DNA of 63,507 nucleotides, the filler included, from Octopus bimaculoides (taxonomy: Eukaryota), in NCBI RefSeq assembly GCF_001194135.2. It is 5 parts of 4 records of this genome, joined end to end, with 100 filler letters (N's around TTAATTAATTAA, not from the genome) between each part and the next. Parts side by side here need not be neighbours in the genome. Positions count along the whole stretch, not along the records: positions 6,209 to 28,697 come from NC_068981.1; 4 more parts are not named here. The stretch is one strand, 5' to 3'. Under the pieces are notes generated by a model. It ran no database searches. It saw only the letters and a list, made by a program, of their open reading frames with translations, and had not been told where the DNA came from. Of the stretch, positions 12,950 through 25,687 are shown piece after piece (position 1 is the first letter of the stretch; every line of letters begins with the position of its first letter). Position numbers and translations under genes: made by a program.

Positions 12950-13115
12950 ATTGACCGTTGACTGAACACTATTCAATTTTTTTTCTCCGTGTTTTTCTCC
13001 TTGTCTCCGTATTCTTTCTGTTGAAGAGCGTAGCTCGAAACGTCAAAGACTTTCCGTATTCCCGAGCGCCATACTAATATATACTTTTGTTATTTACACC
13101 ACCTGTCCTCGTCTG
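12950..13115 (+). mobile_element. Non-coding Penelope-like terminal fragment carrying a hammerhead motif
   Basis: Homologous to the reverse complement of 34905-35070 (about 80% by eye); contains the HHR motif at 13013-13049. Confidence 0.65.
13013..13049 (+). ncRNA. Type I hammerhead ribozyme motif, variant core CUGUUGA
   Basis: Stem I TCTTT/AAAGA, core CTGTTGA-A, stem II GAGC-GTA-GCTC, GAAA, palindromic ACGT stem III, GTC cleavage triplet. Confidence 0.6.
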
Positions 13116-13137
13116 TTGTTATTATTTGTATATTCTC

Positions 13138-13181
<44 letters not shown>

Positions 13182-13869
13182 GTATGTGTATGTTTGGGTA
13201 TGTGTACTTATGTAGTATGTATATGTAACATATATGTGTATGTACATATACGTACATATATACGTGCACACACACACACATATATATGTATGCATGTATA
13301 CATGTACGTATGTGTTTATATATAAGTTACATATACGTACTACATAAGTACACATACACAAGCACACATAATTACACACACATACATATATATATGTATG
13401 TGTAACTATATATATGCACATACATATATTAATATTCATACATATGCACCCACACATATACATGAATATATACGCATAGGCACACATACACAAATATATG
13501 TATGTATAATAATGTATAATATTTATTACATCAGTATTTCATTCAATAAATTCTTGATAACAATGAACACATTCTCCATCATGAAACATGCAATGTTTTG
13601 AAATACATAAATGAAATTCAGGTACATTTCCACAAAAATGTGACACAATTATATTTGGTCTTCCATAAAATTCATCTCATCATTTACCTTTCTTCCGCTT
13701 CCTTCATACTGAACTTTGGTTAGAGATTGTGAGTAACAAAGTGCAGCTCTTCCCCTCCTATTACATGAAATCGATAGCTTCAAAATATTTTGTTAACTAG
13801 AATTCAGCTTTGTCACACAACATGAAAATTAACATAGTGATAGCAGACTCAGTTAGGATACTAAACAGT

Positions 13870-14560
13870 TTGTCCCCGTTATGCAAACCCTATGAAACGA
13901 AGAAACGTGTACAAAACTACATGCACCGCCTGTAATTCTCTGGATATGATAAGAAAGATAGGGTTCGGGTATACAGGAGTGATAGAAAGAAGTTAGATAA
14001 TATTATATGTAATGAGGCCAGGGGTACTTGCCCTAGATATAGAAGCAAAGACTGGAAAAGCATAGAAAGAGCTTGTGAGAAAGCAAACAGATAACACTTA
14101 ATTTAAAACCGATAAATATCAGGGTGTGATGTTTGTAGAGGCCACAGTCCATGCATAACGAGCCTGTACGTTGAGGAAAACTCTGAAGGAGACCAAACTC
14201 AACATTAAGATTGTTGAAGAGCCAGGGAACTCCATCAAGTGAAAATTATGTAGGAAGTGTCCCTTTCAGAATACCATATGCACCAATGGTAACTGCACGA
14301 TATGTAGGATTAGCCTGGCATTAACTATACAACTCGAAATGTAGTCTACAGCATCAGATGCATAGAAGGTGCATATAAAAACACTAATATGACATACATA
14401 GGGAAGATATCTAGGAGACATTACACAGAGACTAAATGAACATTTGAGACAACATGATGACAAAAAACAGTCATTCATACTCTACCAACATGGCAGCAAC
14501 TTGGGTCAACTTGACATCTGCATAGGTAAATCAGTGAAAACGTTACCGTTGAATGTGTCA
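13870..14560 (+). pseudogene. Penelope-like retroelement relic: RT thumb, Cys-rich linker and GIY-YIG endonuclease
   Basis: Translates with stops and frameshifts to SGYDKKDRVRVYR...VMFVEAT...IKIVEEPGNSIK*KLCRKCPFQNTICTNGNCTIC...TTRNVVYSIRC...MTYIGKISR...LNEHLRQ. VVY at 14341, YIG near 14395. Confidence 0.8.
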
Positions 14561-14608
14561 AATAATAAGACACTAAAACAGTATGATTTTCACCAGACAC
14601 AATTATAA

Positions 14609-14646
<38 letters not shown>

Positions 14647-15000
14647 ANNNNNNNNNNNNNNNNNNNNNNNNNNNNNNNNNNNNNNNNNNNNNNNNNNNNN
14701 NNNNNNNNNNNNNNNNNNNNNNNNNNNNNNNNNNNNNNNNNNNNNNNNNNNNNNNNNNNNNNNNNNNNNNNNNNNNNNNNNNNNNNNNNNNNNNNNNNNN
14801 NNNNNNNNNNNNNNNNNNNNNNNNNNNNNNNNNNNNNNNNNNNNNNNNNNNNNNNNNNNNNNNNNNNNNNNNNNNNNNNNNNNNNNNNNNNNNNNNNNNN
14901 NNNNNNNNNNNNNNNNNNNNNNNNNNNNNNNNNNNNNNNNNNNNNNNNNNNNNNNNNNNNNNNNNNNNNNNNNNNNNNNNNNNNNNNNNNNNNNNNNNNA

Positions 15001-15046
15001 TATACGACAGGCTTCTATCAGTTTCCGTTTACCAAATCGACTCACA
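15001..15046 (-). mobile_element. SINE family B fragment
   Basis: CGACAGGCTTCTATCAGTTTCCGTTTACCAAATC is the reverse complement of the GATTTGGTAGACGGAAACTGAAAGAAGCCCGTCG motif. Confidence 0.75.
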
Positions 15047-16808
15047 TTCCCCGGAGAAAAAAAAACGAGATAGTTTTATGTTCGATGGTAAACGAAATAA
15101 GTGCACACAACCACTGAAACGTCACGTGCAGAAAGATAAAACATAAAGATAAGCCCCAACACAGACAAATAAATGGCACGCAGACTGGCGCGCTTGCATG
15201 CAGAAAGAGCGTATCGTGCCGTTCAATACATGGTGTCAGACATGGAGCAGTGAGGACACGATGTTGATGTGGCGGCGCATGACGGAAAACAATATTTCAG
15301 AAACTATTTGTTTTATTTAAGAAATGGTTAGTCAAGGAATTGATTTAAAATTTGGTTACTTTGTTAACTAGGTGACAATTAATAACATTAAGAAATGAAG
15401 GAGTTCTGGTAACCGTGCTTTGATTGGCAGTGTTACACGCCAAATAGGCATCACTTTCTATGCAATATTCTCACATGGAAAATTTTCAGAACAAATACAA
15501 ATAACTATGAGCACATGCATGCACATACATGTATAGAAACAAGCACATGCGCACTGACACATACACACTAGCATTCACTAATACAAGCTCCGAAATACAC
15601 ACACATATTCACACATGCACTTAGTACTTTTACATTTTAACCATCTATTTAATCACCATTACAGAACCACTAAAATGTTTGTAGAATGCATGCTAGGATC
15701 ATCCATCAAGTTAAAGAGGAAAATTGTATCTTACACACAAAGGAAAAAGCTTGCTGTTGAGGGAACGTAAATTGGATTCTTTGTATTTATCATTCTATTC
15801 CAAAACATGAGAGGAAAATCACCAAATGTAATGTCCATTCATTACACCCAATAGAACTCAATTTGCATTAATATTTGACCATATCCTTCGCTTTTTAATA
15901 TATGTTGATCCCTTCATATTTTTCTTAAATATTTCTTGAATAATAATCAGCATTATTGTCTATAGAGTTACAAATAGAAATAAACACCAACGCTCTTACA
16001 GATATATTCATAAAATGCAAATTTGACAAGTATTGGTTTCATGCAATAGTTTACTCATTCGTCCTTTATTATGAATTGCGCTTTGTCTCCTGCTCTGATA
16101 AAATGTTCTTTCTAAAACTTATCGCTACCAGCTATATGATCTAGTTTTCAAATTCTCCTCACATGAATTAGAGTGCCTTTAAAAGCAACCTATTTTTGAA
16201 AGGAGATTTACTTTCAGGTGATAGGCTATAAGTTGCAGAAGTATACAATATACGAACGACATTTAAATTTACTTAATCAAGGACGGTCAGTGAAAGAATC
16301 TTTACTGTCAAGAAAATCTTAGTTTAGGAAATTTAATTACAAATTTATTGAAAATAATATTGTTATTTTAAACTGACAGCAATCTTTCTATTACCACAAA
16401 GTTACCACGCGCAATTGGTGTTGAATTAAGCGCAGTAGTTAATTTATAATCCAGCTCGAACTAAACGTAAAATGACTAAAAGTAATTTCCTGAATGTGAA
16501 AAACACCCATTTATAAAATATTTCGATAGTTAAGGGCGAAAAAGGAAGAGCATTATATAGCACATGAAAATAAAGTAGCTCGTAGAAGCATATGCTAATG
16601 CCCAGAAGCCGATTTTAAATAATCAGCTTATCCATGCTAAATGCTTTAAAATTTTAATATTTATATTCAGCATCAACACAGTTCTGTTTATTTCAGCATA
16701 AAACATTTTAATGGAAACGAGTGAAATAAAAGTGCCTACAATTTTAGTAATCTAACAATTAATATTATAATACAGTTCTATATTTAAGTGATGGGGAATT
16801 ATGTACGT

Positions 16809-17017
16809 TATTTACATTATTTACATTCGGCGGATATTTGTCCTCACCTTCTTGTGGTTAACACAACGAAAAAATTCCTTAGGAATGAGAACCCGGCTTG
16901 GAAATTTCCCCAAGACACCTGATGAAGGCTGGAGGCTATATCAGCCGGTACGTTGTGTTAACAACAAACAAGATGAGGAAAAATATCCGTCAAATGTAAA
17001 TAATGAAAATAATGTAA
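16809..17017. mobile_element. Fold-back non-autonomous element (about 60-bp inverted arms) with a degenerate hammerhead; Penelope-like
   Basis: Arms 16809-16868 and 16951-17017 are complementary; CTGATGA-A-GGCTG...CAGCC-GGTA-CGTT at 16914-16959. Confidence 0.7.
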
Positions 17018-17833
17018 TTAATATTATATTAAACTAAAAAATATAATAATTATATTTGACAAAGGATTCTTATCTAATATGATCTATATGTGCGCTTTTC
17101 TGCACCAGGCGATACGAGACGATCTTTCAAGGTAAATATCGCAATAATATAATTTATCTTACTTTGAATTTCTTTAAAATACATACTTAAATGCAAAGTT
17201 GGCGAGCAAAATCGTTGTTCAAATGTGCAAACTATAAAAGTAATTTCTAGCTAAATGTTATTATAAAGCTAAGCATTGTAATAGCATTGTTATAAAGAAC
17301 TCCAAAAAATATTATACAATAATACTTACGTAGACACTATTTCAGTGTGCGAGGATTTATGCATCTGTTTAAAACCGCAGAAAATTGTATGCTGCAGAAA
17401 TCTCTTTGAAGGCAGGACCTGCGATTTAGAGAGTGCAGAGTATCAGTGTGTTTTTTGAAATATTAATTTTTCTACCAAGGTATTCGTATAAACACATGCG
17501 TACGCATATATTGCCACACACTCATATACACACGGACGCATGGGCACATACACATACAAACATACACACAGACACGGACAATCAGGGGATTCATGCNNNN
17601 NNNNNNATTAATATGAAGAATTTAGAGCATTTTACATAGATAAGGTGATTATTTCATATCGGCTCCAGACTCTACCACATCCTTATACAGGTTACACTGG
17701 ATTCATGTGCTATATAACATTTTCATTCTTAATTTTGAAAATATATTTATGCATACGCGTACAAAAATACGCAATATGTGTTAGTATCCTGTAACTATTG
17801 ACTATTGACTATTCGGGAATAAAAACACATGCT

Positions 17834-18253
17834 CTATATATTTGGTGTTAATTTGCATTAGCTTTATTTTACATTAATCGTATTTCGGCCAGAGTTCTTT
17901 CGTCACACTATTGTGACTATATCAGTCGTCCTTTGCTTTCTTCTTTCCTATTTGTGTGTCTTTCCTTGTGTGTGTTTTTTTTTTATTTTCGCATTCCTAT
18001 CCCACTATGTGTGTGTCTATGTTTAGTAAGTGCGTGTGTTCGTATGGGGATGCCTGTATTATCCATATCCCCTGTCTATAGAGGTTCGTTTAATTTGTTT
18101 TTATTTATTTGTGCATGTGTTTATACCTACTTATTATTATTAGTTTTTTTTTTGTATTCTTTATTTGACGTCACAGAAGTGTGACGAAAGAACTCTTGCC
18201 GAAATACTTTTAATGTAAAATAAAGCTGAAACAAATTAACACCAAATATATAG
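17834..18253. mobile_element. Nested inverted-repeat element (84-bp arms, about 90% identical)
   Basis: 17834-17917 vs 18170-18253, 8 mismatches; each arm has a GTCACA-NNNN-TGTGAC-GAAA hairpin resembling hammerhead stem II. Confidence 0.75.
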
Positions 18254-18319
18254 TGCGTGTGATTTTCTTGGCTAAACTTGCAACATGGCAAAACCCAAAT
18301 ACAACAATATCTGTTTCAA

Positions 18320-18405
18320 CACAGGGTTTCACATCACTTTCCGTCTCCCAAATGCTCTTACAAGTTTGGGTCGGCTCGAGACTACAGTAGTTAATGCTTG
18401 CCTAA
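18320..18405 (-). mobile_element. SINE family B 5' fragment, degraded
   Basis: TTTCCGTCTCCCAAAT...GGTCGGCTCGAGACTACAGTAG aligns to the family in reverse. Confidence 0.65.
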
Positions 18406-19125
18406 TATATATCTACTGTATAAAGAGCATGTAAAAATCATAAATATTACATTTTATTTTTATTTCAATTCACCTAAAGAAAAGTCTTTTACATGATGGC
18501 ATTAATTCCCTTATCAATAAAAACACACTGATACTCTGCACTCTCTAAATCGCAGGTCCTGCCTTCAAAGAGATTTCTGCAGCATACAATACATTTATAG
18601 TGTTATCGATACTACACCATACTTGGAACCTTCCTTGCGTTGGATCTTGGGCATACGTGCACTGTATACCGGAATACACACTTGTGTGATTTTATGCATA
18701 CGCTGTGTGCATATGGTATGTACATGTTGATAAATGTGTAACTGGAAAGACACATCCCTATATACTTTACTGAATACGTACGAGTCAGCAAACACTGTTG
18801 ATACACTGTTATAATGTCCTCGACTCTAGCTAGCTGCCTTTGTTAGTAAAATATCTCTATTCTATTTGACCCCGGAATAAATTTTGTGTGTGCGTGCGCG
18901 CGCATGTATGTATGCGTGTGCGCGTTCATACAAGTACTTTGCTAGAAATAATTATCTCTCATAATCCACAATAAACCATAGCATTTTCAAAGTCGTATAT
19001 CCTGCCATAAATGAGATTTCTGCTACATTAATTGCTGAGGAACAATACGAATGATCGAAACGCTGCAAGCCCGAAAGGCAATTTTTCGACTGTATTTTCA
19101 TTCGACACCAAATAAATGGGTGTTT

Positions 19126-19257
<132 letters not shown>

Positions 19258-21769
19258 TGTGATTACAGTGTTATCTAAATATTGATATTAGCATTGTGAT
19301 GTGCTCTGCGTATAGTTGCTTCCATTAATAACAACTATTATTTTTTGTATATTCTGTATAACATCGATGTGTAGTTTACTGATTGTCCTAGATTTGCAAT
19401 TTACTTCATAATATGAGGTATCGTGATTCCTTCCTATCATTTTATGTGCATAGTGTGCTTGCAGGAAGTGTTAGACTTTTATAGTCAATAGAACAACTGA
19501 AGTCGTGAAGTTTACAAGCTTCACATATGAAAATATATCTCTAAATCGCAGCGTTGATTAATGGGTTTTCTGCGCACTTACCGGTTTATAGATAAGAATT
19601 AATAAAAGGCTCTTTCTTTTTTACTTTCAATTTTAGTATTTCTCTCCCATATTATTAGTATTAGAACGTAGTTTGTTTGATGATTAATGATGAAATGAAG
19701 ACTCATAGACCAGCACAACGCTAGAATATATAGAGAGAGTATATACTAATCGCACACAAATATAGAACATTACTGGAATGATGATAAATACACTAAAATA
19801 ATAAATGGAGGTTGGTAGAGATATATAAGAATAGCAAGCTATTCATGAACACTGCATTCAATATTAGTGATTCAAGAAAAGAGACTACATGTCTCCTTGC
19901 GCACATCGGAAACTTCATAAATGTGTTCTTAACAGTCCGGAGCTGTGGAATTTCTTAATGAATAATCCAAAATACCTGATGGAACTTTGCATTAGTTTGA
20001 AAATAATACGTCAATCGCTTGTGACACATAAGTGTTAATTAAGTGCGAACAGATTCCTTCTGGAACATGTGTGACGTATTTGCACCATCCCTTTGATTCT
20101 GAGATTTACCACTGCACCTAACGCTTCGATGTTTACAACGGTATCCACCCTGAAGCCATTTGAAAAGACGGAAGATGATATGCCATGTCCGTATGTTATT
20201 TAGAGCCATCAATATTGTACATCATAACGCGCACATACTTATTGCTGCATATAGAGCCACAAATTCATTTTTCTACTTAGGTCGAAATTCATTTTGCAGA
20301 AAATGAAATCATAGCGGATTTCCGCAGAGACTTATTCAGCAAGTACTTCCACTGAATGAAGGCATCCTCGATGACTTGTTGTGTTGTACAAGAACTGCTC
20401 TATATTCATCATGTGAAAATGAAACTTATACTAATGCTTTGTAGAACATGGTTTATATATATATATGAGATTCCACAAATCACACTACGATCATAGTCTT
20501 TATTGAATGCAGTACAGTCCGCTATATTCGTGGATCATAGTTCATGAGTTCGTTTCTTCGGTTGATACTATATTTAGCCTACATTATATCAGCACAGGGG
20601 TGTAGAACATTATAGTAACTGCCATTACAATTTAATATCGTTTGGTTGTAGCCGACATGATCAAATAGGTGTTTTAAATGCCAATCAAAAACATTTCCTG
20701 TAAACGAACTTAACAAATATGTATGTATGTATGTATGTATGTATGCATGTATGTATGTATTTATATCATAATGCACACTTCCACACCCACACAAACACAT
20801 AATACCTAAACGCAAAAAATATATACACATATATACATACAAACGCATGCAATACCCATAAACACACGCAAAATGCATAGACAAAGATAACATTCGCCCA
20901 CATACATACGCAATACATATGCACACTATTTAGACACAGAGGCACACACACAAACGCACACACACGTCAAACATATCGCCTCCATTCATACATACAGACG
21001 TACACACTCACACACTCCATTCTCTCATACACCCATAAGCTTGCGCACCTCCTCTTGTTGAGATATCATGAATTATCTTCCCTTTATTCAACATCTCTTC
21101 ACTATTATCTCCCTTTCATTCAACCTCTTATTCAACTAACGTACCAGTGACGTGTATGTTTTACATACTCCTTCGAAGGAATTCTTTTACCTAGCTTGTT
21201 ACTTTAATATATATATGAATGTGCATGTGGGTGTGTTTTCATTTATGAAAGTGTGTGTGCATGTGTGTAGACAATAATGCAAATAAACATTTTTGAGCTT
21301 GTTTTATAAAATATGCATACACACATATACGCACGTATATACATGTACGTATGTAATCTTCTACGTATCTTTCTAGCCATTTCGCCGACCACTATTCCTG
21401 CGATGGTCGTAGTGGGAGGTTTCTCACATACTACATCCTTGAAGTTCCATGGCTGAATGAGGGAACATCAAATTTTCCATGTATAATGAAACATATATTC
21501 GTTGCAGAACGGAAAATGATTTGGAGGTAGAAGATGGGTGGGGGAAAGAAAATGCCAAAAAGAACTGAGTGCATGTAATGAAGAAGGGGAAACTCAAGGT
21601 GTGAAGAAGGAGAAATAAATGGAGAAATAGAAGAGTTAAAGATTGGAAATTAGATTAGGAAAAAGGGGAGGGAGGAAGAGGAAATGCGGAAGACGAAAGT
21701 ATAGAAGGATTAAACCAAAAAACGGGGTGTTATTAGGAATGAAGAAAAGAGGGAGGAGGATGAGAAGGA

Positions 21770-21927
21770 AGAGACGACGATGACGACGACGACGAAGAAG
21801 AAGAAGAAGAAGAAGAAGAAGAAGAAGAAGAAGAAGAAGAAGAAGAAGAAGAAGAAGAAGAAGAAGAAGAAGAAGAAGAAGAAGAAGAAGAAGAAGAAGA
21901 AGAAGAAGAAGAAGAAGAAGAAGAAGA
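21770..21927. repeat. (GAC)n(GAA)n microsatellite
   Basis: Direct reading; explains the poly-K and poly-L ORFs. Confidence 0.97.
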
Positions 21928-24646
21928 GGAGCTCTTATTCGCAAGGTTGTCATAAATATTTAAGTCGAATCACTTCAAATTCGAGACGCCTCCATAATTG
22001 AAAATGCCGGGATAGTGATTATATTGTGTATGCTGTATGAAAGTCATTTGTTTTTGCATGCTAGAACAATATTTAATATTAATAGTATTCAAATATCTGA
22101 AAATATTCATAGCTCTAGGATAAGGTTTGGACTTCAGACTAAATTCTGACAAAGCTGATGCCTTCTACAATTTGATATGCTTTTAATATTCATTAAATAT
22201 TAGAAAATGTTTAATGTTCTCATGTTTTATTTAAATAATACTAGTTAAACAGATATAGCATTAGGACAAAGAATAGGAAAGATATTTTCTTTGTAAATGC
22301 CGGTTGGTACTTTAAGTTACAAACAATTAAATGAATATAGTTTTAGCACTGCAAGTCTGGCAACGTATCTAACGCCTTTGAATTAAGTACGAAGCATATA
22401 CTATCTAGACACTAAGTCTACAAATGTGCTTCAAGTTAAAATATTTTTGAATGATATATATTTATTGCCATACCAACGTATATATATATATATATATATA
22501 TNNNNNNNNNNNNNNNNNNNNNNNNNNNNNNNNNNNNNNNNNNNNNNNNNNNNNNNNNNNNNNNNNNNNNNNNNNNNNNNNNNNNNNNNNNNNNNNNNNN
22601 NNNNNNNNNNNNNNNNNNNNNNNNNNNNNNNNNNNNNNNNNNNNNNNNNNNNNNNNNNNNNNNNNNNNNNNNNNNNNNNNNNNNNNNNNNNNNNNNNNNN
22701 NNNNNNNNNNNNNNNNNNNNNNNNNNNNNNNNNNNNNNNNNNNNNNNNNNNNNNNNNNNNNNNNNNNNNNNNNNNNNNNNNNNNNNNNNNNNNNNNNNNN
22801 NNNNNNNNNNNNNNNNNNNNNNNNNNNNNNNNNNNNNNNNNNNNNNNNNNNNNNNNNNNNNNNNNNNNNNNNNNNNNNNNNNNNNNNNNNNNNNNNNNNN
22901 NNNNNNNNNNNNNNNNNNNNNNNNNNNNNNNNNNNNNNNNNNNNNNNNNNNNNNNNNNNNNNNNNNNNNNNNNNNNNNNNNNNNNNNNNNNNNNNNNNNN
23001 NNNNNNNNNNNNNNNNNNNNNNNNNNNNNNNNNNNNNNNNNNNNNNNNNNNNNNNNNNNNNNNNNNNNNNNNNNNNNNNNNNNNNNNNNNNNNNNNNNNN
23101 NNNNNNNNNNNNNNNNNNNNNNNNNNNNNNNNNNNNNNNNNNNNNNNNNNNNNNNNNNNNNNNNNNNNNNNNNACTATCTCAACCGATCTCAAACATGGT
23201 TTCACCGAAGTTTTGAAATCTTTACTAAGACTCTTCTTGTGGATGCATTCAGAATTTGTCTTCGATGGCTTCTCTGCATTTCTGTCATACCAACACTAGG
23301 GACGCTGTCCTGCTATTTTGCATAATGTCTGCGTTTTTAAATTCCTGGTTTATCCATGCTGCTTTCGGTTTGTGAAAAATACCAGCACTGGAGCACTGGA
23401 AATATATATGTGTATTTATATGTGTGCGTGTGTGTATATATATAAAGTAGGACGTCAATGTTTGACGTCCTGCAAAACAACAATTATATATATATATATA
23501 TATATAAGAGTAGAAATTAATATTATCAACTAATAATATTATTATTCAAACAGTGGTAAGCATACTTAAAAATGTCCGAGGGACGTGAATTGTATTTATT
23601 TATAAACAATATTAGAGATCACTGTAGATCACTTTTATGCTAAAAATAGACCTCAATCCGTCTTATCACTAAATCTGTGTTCTCAAATTAGTAAGACTCG
23701 AGATGTTTAGGTGTTAGACAAATGAAAAGAAATAAACATACCACTTAATTCCATACCTTAAGATTTCGACATGAACAATTCAATAATTGACTGAGTCTCC
23801 TCAGATTTTGTGGTAAGACGGTTTGGCATCTATTTTTAGCATACAAGAGATCCACATAGTGATCTCTCATATTGTTTATTGTTTGGGCATAGATTCCTCG
23901 TTGATCAAACGTGACCTGTGGTCACCTCTTCCTTTCTCCCTTCGGCCAGCATAAAGGCAAGACGATCTACTCTCTCTTTCCGCTCAAGTTCGTCACATCA
24001 CAGCGTTCAGTATCTCCTCTCGTTCAGTTTAACGGCATTTAACGTTGTTTTCACTGTTTAATTTTTCCTGTCTTGGTTTTTGTTTGCTACTTTGGAATAA
24101 TCTGCTTAGCTGGTTAATCCACTTCGCGGGAAGAGCTATTCTAAGAGCGCGTTCTGCTTCATCTTCCAAACGCCTAGTTTAGAATAGAGGCAGCTGATGA
24201 AGGAAAAGATCCATAAGTGGCTCGTCTGTTTTCCTATGTGTTCATTCTGTTGTCTGTAAAAAATGTCCNNNNNNNNNNNNNNNNNNNNNNNNNNNNNNNN
24301 NNNNNNNNNNNNNNNNNNNNNNNNNNNNNNNNNNNNNNNNNNNNNNNNNNNNNNNNNNNNNNNNNNNNNNNNNNNNNNNNNNNNNNNNNNNNNNNNNNNN
24401 NNNNNNNNNNNNNNNNNNNNNNNNNNNNNNNNNNNNNNNNNNNNNNNNNNNNNNNNNNNNNNNNNNNNNNNNNNNNNNNNNNNNNNNNNNNNNNNNNNNN
24501 NNNNNNNNNNNNNNNNNNNNNNNNNNNNNNNNNNNNNNNNNNNNNNNNNNNNNNNNNNNNNNNNNNNNNNNNNNNNNNNNNNNNNNNNNNNNNNNNNNNN
24601 NNNNNNNNNNNNNNNNNNNNNNNNNNNNNNNNNNNNNNNNNNNNNN

Positions 24647-24680
<34 letters not shown>

Positions 24681-25343
24681 CATGTATGAATGTATGAAGG
24701 TTTTATGATTTTTAAACTAATATACATTTGGTTCATTGCAAGTGTATGGACAGAACATCTAAACAGACTTTCATGTGCTCCTCTGGATATAATTTACACT
24801 TTACGCTTTTTCACTTATGGAACCTCTTGCGTCAAACAATGGTTCTCTGGCGTGTCTTATTAAACATATTAATCTTGAAATCTTTATAAGTGTTTAGTGC
24901 TGAACTGGCATATCTTGACTTCATTGCGTTTCAATTCATCTTGCAGTAGCGGAATTGTATCTAGATTTATTTTTTCTCAAGAGGAGTAAAGAATAATATG
25001 GCCATCGTCTGTTTATTTAATGCACATGCCGTTTATATTTTTATCTCATCAACATCTATTTGCCTGCGTTAAAATATTTATGCATAAAGATTTATTTACA
25101 GAATTTAATCCAAGTTCCATTTGGTATTAATCATTTTTAAAGATTGAATATTTAATGTTATTTCCGTGTAGAAAATGATCATTCTCGAGATTTATAGATA
25201 TTAATTTCGGAAAGGCCACATTTGGATTTTCTGATGCATAATGAACAACGTCAAATTTTTATATTTATCATATTATGGTTTATTAGTCATTTACTTTTTA
25301 ATAAATTTGTATGATATACGTATATATATGTGTTAGGATATTC

Positions 25344-25687
25344 GGAGGTGCAATGGCCCAGTGGTTAGGGTAGCGGACACGCCGTCGTAGAATCGCAGTT
25401 TTGATTCCCAGATCGCGCGTTGTGAGTGTAAATTGAGCGAAAACACTTAAAGCTCCATGTGACCCAGGCAGAGGTGGTAGCGAACCCTGCTGTACTTTTT
25501 TATCACATCTTTCTCTCACTCTTTCTTCGTCTTTCTGTTGTACCTGTATTTGAAAGGGCCAGCCGTGTCACACTCTGTGACGCGTTGAATCTCCCTGAGA
25601 ACTACATTAAGGGTACACATGTCTGTGGAGTGCGCAGCCACTTGAACGTTAATTTCACGAGCAGGCTTTTCCGTTGCAACCACGCCA
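25344..25687 (+). mobile_element. tRNA-derived SINE, family C
   Basis: A box TGGCCCAGTGG, B-box-like GTTTTGATTCC; body matches 30519-30775. Confidence 0.85.

Larger units (their letters stand above)
17384..18590. repeat. Perfect 72-bp inverted repeat (17384-17455 / 18519-18590)
   Basis: Base-by-base comparison gives 72/72 identity in reverse complement; both flanks differ between the copies. Confidence 0.92.

Noticed and set aside
21360-21450. Protein-looking short frames on both strands (PWNFKDVVCEKPP... and AISPTTIPAMVVVGG...)
   Set aside because: Equally plausible on either strand with no good donor site; chance level.
23180-24210. Faint LINE ORF2-like words on minus (WYDR..CREAIEDK; LEDEAERAL...)
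   Set aside because: Too short and in the wrong order for one element; not supportable without a profile search.
24185-24230. CTGATGA-A-GGA...TCC-ATAA hammerhead-like motif
   Set aside because: GAAA and stem III are not recognisable; at most a decayed relic.
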